From: Octopus vulgaris
Lineage: Eukaryota
Assembly (NCBI GenBank): GCA_951406725.2
Contig: OX597824.1
Location: 62,372,001 to 62,436,000 of the forward strand
Reading direction: 5' to 3'
Length of the DNA: 64,000 bases
The position numbers were made by a program, and so were the translations under genes. Under the pieces are notes generated by a model. It made no database searches and was not told the origin of the DNA. It was given only the letters and a program-made list of their open reading frames with translations. Positions 1-12,684 of the stretch are shown piece by piece (the stretch's first letter is position 1; each line of letters starts with the position of its first letter).

Positions 1-34
<34 letters not shown>

Positions 35-169
35 TATACGTGCAGTTACCCATTATTCAAACGGATACCTACATATAAACATACCCATATATACCTATTT
101 ACACATATGTATGTATAAATATACAAACATACACATATAACTACATACCTACATATACATATACGCGCA

Positions 170-665
170 TGGCAGAATTTTGGAGGGAAAATTTACGTTC
201 CCAGTCGCCACTTAGTTTTAACATCTGCGCTCTTCCCCCCACTATCTGATGTCGCTGGGTCAGAAGTGTGGGCTAGTGGCATTTGGTAAAGCTATCGAAT
301 ATAGCGCCGATGACGGAATTCAAACTGATTTCTATGTTTGCGAGCCAGAAACATATGTTCGCTATTAACGGTAAGTGACTGACTTCGTATATTTGCCACT
401 CCGGTTTTGTGTATGTGAGCCGTAAGGGCCTTCGTTTTTGGATTCTCCACTTATAGAAAATGGGAAAACGGTCTTTGACTGCCATTTCTAATTCCTTCGG
501 TATGAGGCGAAACAGCATGCTGCTAGCCATCTTATTTTTTCTTTACTATATACTGAACCTTACAAAGGTCCTGACAATTAATTTGTCGTATTTACATACC
601 GAAATTTACCGGTAAATAATTTTTGGTTACATGAAAAACCACAGGAAAATTATTTACCATTTTTA
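170..665 (+). mobile_element. ~490-bp non-coding HHR-containing unit (retrozyme-like or solo pLTR) between microsatellites
   Basis: Complex sequence bounded by TA/CA repeats on both sides; contains the HHR at 301-365; no credible ORF. Confidence 0.55.
301..365 (+). ncRNA. Type I hammerhead ribozyme, variant core CCGAUGA
   Basis: Stem I atagcg/cgctat; core ccgatga; long and poorly paired stem II region; GAAAC-atat-GTT with palindromic stem III. Confidence 0.65.
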
Positions 666-669
666 TTGC

Positions 670-719
<50 letters not shown>

Positions 720-720
<1 letters not shown>

Positions 721-799
721 GAGCATAGGGCGTAGTGGTTAAGGAAGCGGGCTATAAATCCCAAGATTGCGAGTTCGATTTCTAGCAGTGACCTGAATA

Positions 800-835
<36 letters not shown>

Positions 836-1010
836 TCGGAAAATACCATAGGAATGGGAACGCAAGGTTCGAAATACACCCAGGACACCTGATGAATACT
901 GCAGAGTACATCAGACAAAACTTTGAGTTAACAGCAAACAAGATGAGGACGAATATCTGTCAAATGTTAATAATGTACATAATTATTCATTTATCAAATA
1001 TAGAACTGTA
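720..1010 (+). mobile_element. tRNA-derived SINE-like element with internal (AAT)n and a decayed HHR-like motif
   Basis: A-box-like ggcgtagtggttaag and B-box-like gagttcgatt; acac-ctgatga at about 886-896. Confidence 0.55.
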
Positions 1011-1618
1011 CACACACACACACATACACACAATTACGGACCAAATAATTCACGAGAAATATACAGTAGATAATAATAGAGTTAATGATATATTCGCAAA
1101 TTATTTTGTCGTGAATTATTTGCTCAGTATTGAAATTATTTTCACACTGGTGGTTACCATGATTCGGCGCAAAACGAATCAGTTGCAGCGCAAACTTCAA
1201 CATTATGGGTTGCAGCTCTCTTTCATGGTAACGCGTGATGGTGTATCTGAGGCTATTATGCCAATAAAGAAGCCGCTCCACATGAATCCAAATACTTGAA
1301 TGTATGGAGAGAGATCGTCATTGCCCGTTTGCTTTTGAACAGTTGATTTCTGTAGTTATTATCAGTGTACTTCGCCGATCTAAATAAGAGTTTTGACTGT
1401 TATTTGCACAGGTAGACATACGTAGGGTATCCTTTGAAACTTTTAATCCTTCAGCTATTTAATGATTTGGGGGATCTTGATCCTGCTATTATCATTTTTT
1501 AATTTTTTACATAGATAATAATAGAATCAATGATAACTTCGCAAATTGTTTTCTCGTGAAATATATGATCCGTGTGTATATACATGCACACACACAGACA
1601 CACACACAGACACACACA

Positions 1619-1696
<78 letters not shown>

Positions 1697-1700
<4 letters not shown>

Positions 1701-1979
1701 CGTGACCGACCAGGCTATTAGATGTTGTTACACATGTGCTTCGCATTGTTTTAGCCTTCAAATGACGCCACCCCGCTGGCTAAGCAAGCAGGCCAACAGA
1801 AGAAAGAGTGACAGAAAGTGGCGAAAGAGTACAGCAGAGATCGACACCCCCCCTGCCGGAGCCTCGTGGAGCTTTAGGTGTTTTCGCTCAATAAACACTC
1901 ACAACGCCCGGTCTGGGAATCGAAACCGCGATCCTACGACCGCGAGTCCGCTTCCCTAACCACTAGGCCACTGCGCCTC

Positions 1980-1980
<1 letters not shown>
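1697..1980 (-). mobile_element. tRNA-derived SINE (family 1)
   Basis: Minus strand starts ggaggcgcagtggcctagtggttag (A box) ... ggtttcgattccc (B box); full-length homolog at 60862-61166; partial copies near 43230-43300 and 51640-51745. Confidence 0.85.
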
Positions 1981-2030
<50 letters not shown>

Positions 2031-2031
<1 letters not shown>

Positions 2032-2625
2032 CTAATAGTTATCGCCAAGCTAATATGGCAGTCCATAAATATAGGACTAAAGAGGCCGTTGATTAGCTCC
2101 AAGAGGCCATCGCCTCTAGCTAGCTATATGACACACGAACATGTAATTATGATCTTTGAACAGGGGAGGTCAGCACTCCCCTTCCTGAACAGGGATGTGC
2201 GAACATGTTTCAGGGTATTTGTCATTTATAAATGCAGAGCAGCCAAACCCAACAGGCGTCGCTGCTGTACGTCTGTTCGAAGGATTATTTACCTAATTTC
2301 AGTGGAATACATCCATTGGTTTTCAAAAATAGCAATGCTATTATTTCTCTCTGAATGAGACTATGGTAGCGGTACTGCATTTGGCTACTCTGCATTAATG
2401 AAGGGCAAATACCCTGAAACATGTCTGCACATGCCTGACTAGCAAGGGGAAGCGGCTGACCTCCCCTGTTCGAAGGTTATAATGGGCACAGGTTCATGTG
2501 TCATATAGCTAGCTACAGGCGATGGCCTCTTGGAGCTAATCAACGGCAGCTTTAGTCCAATATTAGTAGACTCCATATTAGCTTGGCGATAACTGTTAAT
2601 ATCATGTACCGCTGCCGTAGTCTCC
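2031..2625. repeat. Fold-back element (inverted arms 2031-2247 / 2380-2600) with a decayed minimal HHR; probable inverted pLTR
   Basis: Arms are diverged reverse complements; tgca-ttaatga-aggg(caaata)ccct-gaaa-catg-tc-tgca at 2391-2429. Confidence 0.75.
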
Positions 2626-2641
2626 TTTAGAGAGAATTAGA

Positions 2642-2687
<46 letters not shown>

Positions 2688-3217
2688 TATATATATATAT
2701 ATATATATGTAAATAAGCAAAATTATAGATGTCACTAATATGACTAATTAGTACCAGTATGCTAGAAATAAGAGTCAAATGATCTCAATAGCCACGAAAG
2801 ACACTATCAAATCACTGACAAAAGAGGCAACCTTCCTGAAGTATCAAGGAGAACCAGATCATCAAACTTTTGCATTTACTTTAATGTTCATCATCATCGA
2901 TGATTTGGCTATTTCCGCTGCTGCCTCCTTTGTCAGCCAATACGACAGTGCATTTTGAGTTGTGTTGACCCTCAGTCACTTTAGTAACGTCTATATTTCT
3001 GACTTTCGTTTGTAAAACTGCGAATAAGCCACCCATATGTATATATATGGGTGTGTGTGATTGTGTATAGAACAATATATTAATAAAAGGAATTCCAACC
3101 TTGTCTGATTTTCACGTTTTATTTAGAATCTTATAATGATATAATATAATATAATATAATATAATATAATATAATATAATATAATAAAATAATAGAATGT
3201 TAAATGTTCATTCTGAT

Positions 3218-3262
3218 TGAACTAGTACTTTCATGCATTAAATTCTGCAATCTTCAGGTTCA
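3218..3262 (-). ncRNA. Minimal type I hammerhead ribozyme in the 3' pLTR
   Basis: Minus strand: tgaac-CTGAAGA-ttgcagaatttaatgcat-GAAA-gtac-TA-gttca. Confidence 0.85.
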
Positions 3263-3748
3263 TGTACTAGTGGTGACAGTCATGCTTCACAATTTTTGAC
3301 TGTAGCGAGATGATTAAATATGTTCCTAAAATACAGCTGTGTAGGCTCCAGATTGCTAGGTTTTGCAAAGTGTATTCTGACCAATCAGTGTGTAGTATCA
3401 CTCAATTACTTAAGCTGATTGGTTGGTTGAGCTGATTGGTTTAGGCGTCACGCTTTGTTGAATATGTCAAGAGTCCTGTATCTTAACCCTGGTCGAGGCA
3501 GCAATTGTTGAACTATTTTTAGAAATGTTGTAAATAGCCTTTGTTAGGGATTTTTATATTTCAATTGTCATCATCATCATTGTCAGCACCTTAATTATTG
3601 TTGCTAGTGGTGATGGTGGTGGAAATAGAAATTTTAACCCTAAATAAGATAATTTTCCTGCTATCTTCGTCATGATCACCTTTAGTATTGTTGTTGTTGT
3701 TAGTGGCCATGGTCGTAGCAGTAGAAGTAGTATATCTAAGTATTATTA

Positions 3749-6320
3749 TTATTGCTTATTTAGCTTGGGTTCGAATTTATCAATAAAATTCTTTTCTCTG
3801 ATTTTCCTCTTGATTTCACTTGGGCTGTGTAATTTGTAGAATGGAAATATTATATATATTTTCCGACTACATGTTGCTAGGTGGTTACTCAAAGGTATCT
3901 GACGGACCTCTGGGTCTCTAATCTGTTGTCAGTGTACACGTGAGCGTTCTGATAGTGCATTTCCCGTCTGACCTACATATATTTCTTCACAATTTGGGCA
4001 TTTGATGCAGTAAATTAAATTTCTGCTTTTGCAGTTCATATTCACGTTTGTGAATATTTTCCCGGTTTTTGTGTTTATATATTGGCCGGTATGTATGAAT
4101 TGGCATGTGCCACACCGGCTATCATTGCATTTAGATACAGTGGATGTTTGGTCTTTGCTGCTGAGGTCAAATTTTGCCTTTGTTAGTAATTTTTTCAAGT
4201 ATTTAGGCTGTCTTTTACTAAGTACCGATTTATTCCTAAACCGTGTGGAATATTGGTGTAGAGTCTTACCACATCAAAACTTAATAAAACTGAATTTGTT
4301 TCTGTTGTTTTGGGAAGAAGGGACAGGAAGTCGATGTCATCCCTGATGAAACTGGGTATGGAAGTACATAGTGGTTTCAAAACAATGTCAGTAAAATTGC
4401 CTAGACGGTAGGTAGGGCATGCTGGACCAGTTATAATAGGTCTAAGTTTTAGGTCTTTTGGATGTAGTAATTTTATGTACTCACTTTCTTGTTCGTTTAC
4501 TGCCTGTTGAATATCTTTTGATTTATGTATTTTCGGTAAGCCGTAGAAGTTGGTTTTTGTTCGAAATTGGTGATGTAGTCTCTTTCATTATCGGTAAGTG
4601 AGTTGTAGTGTTTTGAGATCAGGTTGTTGATCTTTTTCATGATGTGGTGGTCTATATTTGAGGGTATTTCACAATAGAAGGTTGTGTCCTTCAGTTGGTC
4701 CTCAACCAAATCCTTATAGTATTCGGTATCCATAATAACAATTGCACCACCTTTATCTGCTTGTTTAATTATTATTGTTTGATCGTTTTGTATACGTTTA
4801 CATGCAGACATCTCTGATTTGTTAATGTTTGGCCTAACATTTGTATTGCGTCTAAGGGGAAAATTAGACAAGATATCAATGTATTGGTCAAAGTAGTTAT
4901 TTCTTCCTTTTGGTGGGGTGAAATTTGATTTATTCCTTATGATGGATTCATCAATCTCATTACTTTTGTCAGCGAAGAATTCTACAAGTCGTAATTTTCG
5001 ACAGAATTTTTGGATATCCTCCTTTAATTCTTGGTGGCTGGCTGTTGGTGTAGGTGTGACTTTCAGTCCTTTTGACAGAAGTTGGATTTCATCATTGTCA
5101 AGATCTGTTTTTGATAAATTAATTATTTTAGGATCTATACGTTCAGTTGTTTTGGGTATGTTTCCTCTTAGATTTTTTCTTTCTCCTGTGTTTGTTGTCC
5201 TGACATTAAAAAAATGGATTTTTTTCTGTTTATGATTTATATTCCTGTTGATGTTTGCTTGATGAATTTTACGTTTTGGTTGTGGTATTTTACTTGGTTT
5301 CGTTATGTTTTCTGTCTTGTTTTTGGTATTATATATATTATTTTTCAATATCTTGTTAGTATTATTTTTAACCACCTGGGGAAATGATCTGGGTTTACTT
5401 CCAGATCTAGATCGGTTTTTTGTCCAGTTTCTTCTGGGTAATCTCTGTTGAGGTCTTGAAAATGATCTCCTGTTATTTCTACTGCTAATGGTCTGATCAA
5501 AAGAATATCTATTGTGTTTGTGATTTTTGTTCATGTTATGTGCATTAGGGTGTTTGCATACAAAAAGGGAAGAGTTCTTACCGTAGTTCGTCTTCGATTC
5601 GTGGTGAAACGGGTGTCGAGAAATAATTGTTTCCGCTGCCAAAACTTTCTTCATCTGCTTTCTTCTTTTGAGATAACTCTGGTCCATAGTTCACGCATTT
5701 TTCTGCTACATTGCCGGTCGTTAGTTTGGATATTTCGTCTCTTATTTGATCATCGATAGCTTCGTATTTGGCTTTGTAGCGGGATTGTTTAGACAGGGTA
5801 ATGGAGATGTCGGTCCTGAATTTTATCAAACTAAGGTCCCATCGAAGTTTTGTTTCTTCCTCTGGTTCTCCTGCAATTTCATTAATTAGGTACTTCCGAG
5901 GAAGTATGGGTGCCGCTAAAGATATCCATTCCGAATGTATTTCAGCATATTTTCGCATTTATATGCCTTCCAGAAGTTTTGTTTTCTTATGTTAAAGAGT
6001 TTTCTCCATGTCTTCCGTATCTCTTCTCTTTTTCGGTGTGCCTCTTTTTCCAAATTTTTTTCGTTTATTTCTGACATCAAAGGAGGTTGTGGTAGACTTT
6101 CTCTTGTAGATTTTATAATTGTTGGTATCATTTCAGCTAAATTTTTAATTTCAGAGTTTATATGTTCATTTTCAAGTTTTCCGTCTGAAGATTGTTTTTC
6201 TATTTCCTTTAAAATAGCGGATAGTGTGTAAATCATCGTGATGAGTGTTGATAATTTCGATGAAATTTCAATTAGAATTCTTTCTGATTCTGTAAATTTT
6301 GTTTGTTGCTTTCCAGACAT
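3749..6320 (-). pseudogene. Frameshifted PLE ORF: N-terminus, partial RT, Cys-rich linker, GIY-YIG endonuclease
   Basis: IIIKQADKGGAIVIMD; SFDVVRLYTNIPH (RT motif A); KCNDSRCGTC; CKSRNLIYCIKCPNCEEIYVGQT (GIY-YIG); split over several frames and lacking the catalytic YxDD region. Confidence 0.92.
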
Positions 6321-6873
6321 GTTGGCATATACACAATAGGAATATAGATATATATATGGGTGTGTGTGATTGTGGATAGAAGAATATATTAATTAAAGGA
6401 ATTCCAACCTTGTCTGATTTTCACGTTTTATTTACAATCTTATAATGATATAATATAATATAATATAATATAATATAATAAAATAAAATAATAGAATGTT
6501 AAATGTTCAATCGGTGTGTAGTATCACTCAATTACTTAAGCTGATTGGTTGGTTGAGCTGATTGGTTTAGGCGTCACGCATTGTTGAACATGTCAAGAGT
6601 CCTGTATCTTAACCCTGGCCGAGGCAGCAATTGTTGGGCTATTTTTGGGACTCTTGTTGGGACTCTTGACCTGTTCAACAAAGCGTGAGGCCTAAACCAA
6701 TCAGCTCAACCAACCAGTCAGCTTAAGTAATTGAGTGATACTACACACTGATTGGTCAGAATACAGTTTGCAAAACCTAGCAATCTGGAGCGTACACAGC
6801 TGTACTTAAGGCACATATTTAATCATCTCGCTACAGTCAATAATTGTGAAGCATGACTGTCACCACTACTACA

Positions 6874-6918
6874 TGGACCTGAAGATTGCAGAATTTAATG
6901 CATGAAAGTACTAGTTCA
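6874..6918 (+). ncRNA. Minimal type I hammerhead ribozyme in the inverted pLTR
   Basis: tggac-CTGAAGA-ttgcagaatttaatgcat-GAAA-gtac-TA-gttca. Confidence 0.82.
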
Positions 6919-7057
6919 ATCAGAATGAACAATTAACATTCTATTATTTTATTTTATTATATTTTATTATATTATATTATATTATATCATTATAAGATTA
7001 TAAATAAAACGTGAAAATCAGACAAGGTTGGAATTCCTTTTATTAATATATATATAT

Positions 7058-8026
<969 letters not shown>

Positions 8027-8028
<2 letters not shown>

Positions 8029-8152
8029 TGGCAATAATATTAACACCAATCATAACAATAAAAACTCCGTCTTAGTCTCGGAGGTAAACCCTAACAGATT
8101 AAAGTTCTTATCCAGCAATTCCAAAATTAGACATTTCATTTACCAATGCAAA
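8027..8152 (+). pseudogene. Short fragment of a Naiad-type PLE ORF (linker and start of GIY-YIG)
   Basis: Translates to NKNSVLVSEVNPNRLKFLSSNSKIRHFIYQCK, 24/32 identical to NKNAVLISEANPNRIRFLSSNSKIRNAIYQCR in ORF 35568-36257. Confidence 0.9.
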
Positions 8153-8854
8153 TATCTGCCTTAAAATTTTCAAGACCATCGTATTCGCGCCAACTTATCA
8201 GCAGTAAATATAAACTGCCGATTCAATCTCAGAATTAGTCAGAAAATCATCAATTAATCAATTTAGGGTAGCAAAAAATTCAATAGAAATTTATCGCTAC
8301 CAGCGGTCTAGTGGGAAAGAGAAAATAGTCAAAGACTAAATATATAAAATTTAACAATTCAGGAATGGCCTTAATAGGCCATTCGTCCACTAGAAAGAGC
8401 AGCCAGGACTCAAACCGCTAAGTAGTAGTAATTCAGAAATTAGGTGAAAATTTAAAAACGTTTACCCTAGTTCATCTTTAGACGATGCATCGTTTCAGTG
8501 TTTTTAATGGTAAACCAGCTTAATTATATTTACTGCTGATAAGTTGGCGCGAATACGATGGTCTTGAAAATTTTAAGGCAGATATTCCGAGGGCATTGAT
8601 ACAGACGCCTCGTGTATATCCGTCTCTCTTGGTTTCTTTACTGATGAAGTGTAACCTATGGTAGATTGACTTAATTTAATTTAATTAAGCTGGTTTACCA
8701 TTAAAAACACTGAAACGATGTATCGTCTAAAGATGAATTAGGGTAAACGTTTTTAAATTTTCACCTAATTTCTGAATTACTACTACTGAGCGGTTTGAGT
8801 CCTGGCTGCTCTTTCTAGTGGACGAATGGCTTATTAAGGCCATTCCTCAATTGT

Positions 8855-8858
<4 letters not shown>
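8153..8858 (+). mobile_element. HHR-containing non-coding unit with a 5' inversion, homologous to the 485-bp tandem repeat
   Basis: 8153-8211 is the inverse of 8524-8585; ~8350-8525 is the inverse of ~8683-8858; clear similarity to 53446-53930. Confidence 0.85.
8635..8733 (+). ncRNA. Type I hammerhead ribozyme with extended stem II
   Basis: tcttta-CTGATGA-agtgt...acact-GAAA-cgatgtatcg-TC-taaaga; the stem II interior forms a long hairpin. Confidence 0.9.
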
Positions 8859-8908
<50 letters not shown>

Positions 8909-8910
8909 TA

Positions 8911-9287
8911 TATAAACGGCAGTTTATCTGTGTGTGTTTCTGTGTGTCTGTTTGGTTGTACCCTCACTCTGACCACGGCTTTCAACCGATTCTGATGAAA
9001 CTTGACACACACATAGCCCAATGTCATAATTCAAAACTAACGCAGCGAAAATTTTGAAAAGTTCCCCCAGTTCTGAAAAAGATCGATAAATTCGACATGG
9101 GGTCGACAATCAGAAACACAAACCACAGATGGTCTAGGGGACGCAACTCGACCTTTTTAACTATCAAAAAAAATTTTACCATAATTTTTTTTCCCATTTT
9201 TGGGCTATTTTTTTGGCTATAACTCTCCAAAAATGCTTTATAGTTATTTCCCTTACAAACCCGAGCAACGCCGGGCGATACTGCTAG
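8911..9287 (+). mobile_element. Non-autonomous Helitron-like element
   Basis: 3' hairpin cccgagcaacgccggg followed 8 nt later by CTAG|T; inserted in (TA)n. Confidence 0.65.
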
Positions 9288-9964
9288 TATATATATATAT
9301 AAATATTAATTACATGTATGTGTGTAAATGTTTATTGAATAGAACATTGGAGAAAGAAGAAAGGAAGTAGAAGAAAAGGATGAAAGTAAAGGGTACAAAA
9401 GGATGTTCTATTTCGACGAACGTTTTCCATTGTTAAAATTTCAGTTGAAGCTGAATTTTTTGAAAAGCAAAGATGAAGAGAGTTTCAATGCGGGGAAAAT
9501 TCAGTTATTGCTAAGACCTGTCAGAAAAAGAGAAACAAACCCAAATATAATGAAATTGTGAAGAAAAGAAAAATACAATTTTAGAGAGAAACCCTAAAAT
9601 ATATGAAGCATTGTAAGCGTATGACGAAAACTACTAGAGGTTTTATCGAGGAAGAAAATTTGTTGAACTAATAGATATATTAATAATAGTAACATGATAA
9701 TATTGACAACATAATTAGAGAAAGTGATTGAGCGTTTACATAAGTATAACATGCTACAATATGTAATTGAAAATGTACCCGACGCAATTAAAAATGAGTT
9801 TTTGTTAAAATGTAAGATCTGGATAAAATAGGATTAAGCACTAATACAATATCATGGATAAAAAAGAACTGTTGAATATTTATTAAATTTACAACATGTA
9901 ATCTAATTTATAAATAGCTGTATTAAAGTTATAAATAATTTAGAACAAAATTACGGTTTCAATT

Positions 9965-10140
9965 TTTGGCACAAGGACACAATTTTAGGGATTGGGGAAT
10001 AGTCGATTACATTGACCCCAGTGCTCAACTGCTCCGTATTGTATCGATCTCGAAGAATGTGTAATTAGAACGTAAAGGCGGACAAAATACCTTTAACGAT
10101 CTTGCCCCGAGTGCTAACGATTCTGCCAGCTGCACGCCTT
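9965..10140 (-). mobile_element. tRNA-derived SINE (family 2, Meta-domain-like), decayed
   Basis: Reverse complement resembles 21686-21910. Confidence 0.65.
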
Positions 10141-10739
10141 ACAAAAGACAAAACAAAAAAATCTAATGAAGAACATTGAGGAAAATAAGCAACTAAATAC
10201 AGAAAATCTAATATTTCTAATATAAGTCATTAAATATATGGAGAATTACTTAATTTATTTAATTACTTAAATAAACAGAATTACTTAAATGTATTGCAAA
10301 CTGAAAGACTACTAAATCTTATAGTTTCTAAGCGTACAAATAGATGCGCGGAAAATTTCAGGGATAAACTTAATTTCAATACACATTTTTGCACATGAAT
10401 AGAGAAAACCAATTTAAATAATTATTAATTACACTGATTGACATATGTATACTTCCGTCAAGTTAAAAGAAAATATTCCATTATTTATATTGGCAATATG
10501 TTCAATATTATTCTGGATACTATTAAATATATATATCTTATATCAAAGATCGTTTTCGTTTATGTGTACATCTTTCGTTTATATGTATATATTTTATATA
10601 TCTTCGTATATTCAATATTTGTTACCTTAAGCTACACATTCCTTTCATCTTTTACTAAAATTTCCATTTACGTTTGCCTTCTTTTATATGGCACCATTTT
10701 CTATTTCTCCCACTCCATTTTACAGTATGCAATTTCATT

Positions 10740-11790
<1,051 letters not shown>

Positions 11791-11793
<3 letters not shown>

Positions 11794-12473
11794 TTGCATT
11801 TCGGGAAAGGAAAAGTTTTTTCGGAATAAAAATTTAGCAATTAAGGACAACTACTTAATAAGGAAAACTTAACAAGAAATTGTCAGGTAGATAATTATTT
11901 TCGAAATTTTTTCTCTTATGAGGTTTTCACACTATCTACCTGACAATTTCTTGTTAAGTTTTCCTTATTAAGTAGTTGTCCTTAATTGCTAAATTTTTAT
12001 TCCGAAAAAACTTTTCCTTTCCCGAAATGCAATTCGTAAAAGTCGGCCATTTACCGGATGTAATATATGTAAACTCACCCATGTGCTTCGTTGATGTTGA
12101 TCAGTTAGCTGATCGGCTTAAGCGAGGGAGGGTCGTTTATGTATGATACATCCAGGCCTGCTGATGAATACGTAAGTATGAAATCACTGTGATACAGGTC
12201 TATATTTTTTAAATGTCTTACTTTGAAAAATTGCATTCGGTGGGATTAGTAATATTTTTGGTAGAAATGACTAATTGTCCCTCTTAGCGTGTGGCATGTA
12301 TGTATAATGCTCTCTGGCATGTATGTATAATGCCCTCTATATATAAATTAATTATGTTCAATAAGAAATAATTATTTTCGAAATTTTTTCTCTTATGAGG
12401 TTTTCACGCTATCTACCTGACAATTTCTTGTTAAGTATTCCTTATTAAGTAGTTGTCCTTAATTGCTAAATTT
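11791..12473 (+). mobile_element. Terminally redundant 477-nt HHR unit with a 5' inversion
   Basis: 11891-11995 is repeated at 12368-12473 (period 477); 11791-11893 is the inverse of 11933-12035; ends in (TA)n. Confidence 0.85.
12155..12200 (+). ncRNA. Compact type I hammerhead ribozyme
   Basis: ggcctg-CTGATGA-atac(gtaa)gtat-GAAA-tca(ctg)tga-TA-caggtc. Confidence 0.92.
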
Positions 12474-12491
12474 CTATATATATATATATTT

Positions 12492-12564
<73 letters not shown>

Positions 12565-12565
12565 A

Positions 12566-12612
<47 letters not shown>

Positions 12613-12635
12613 AATACACACACACACACACACAC

Positions 12636-12679
<44 letters not shown>

Positions 12680-12684
<5 letters not shown>

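Larger units (their letters stand above)
3035..7055 (-). mobile_element. Penelope-like element, Neptune type, with direct pLTRs and an inverted 5' pLTR
   Basis: pLTR ~3035-3520 is repeated directly at ~6347-6645 (with an internal deletion) and inverted at ~6660-7055; RT and GIY-YIG remnants lie between. Confidence 0.92.

Noticed and set aside
1905-1980. tRNA gene (also at 725-795 and 61090-61163)
   Set aside because: The tRNA-like part continues into a SINE body shared by dispersed copies; no complete cloverleaf is evident
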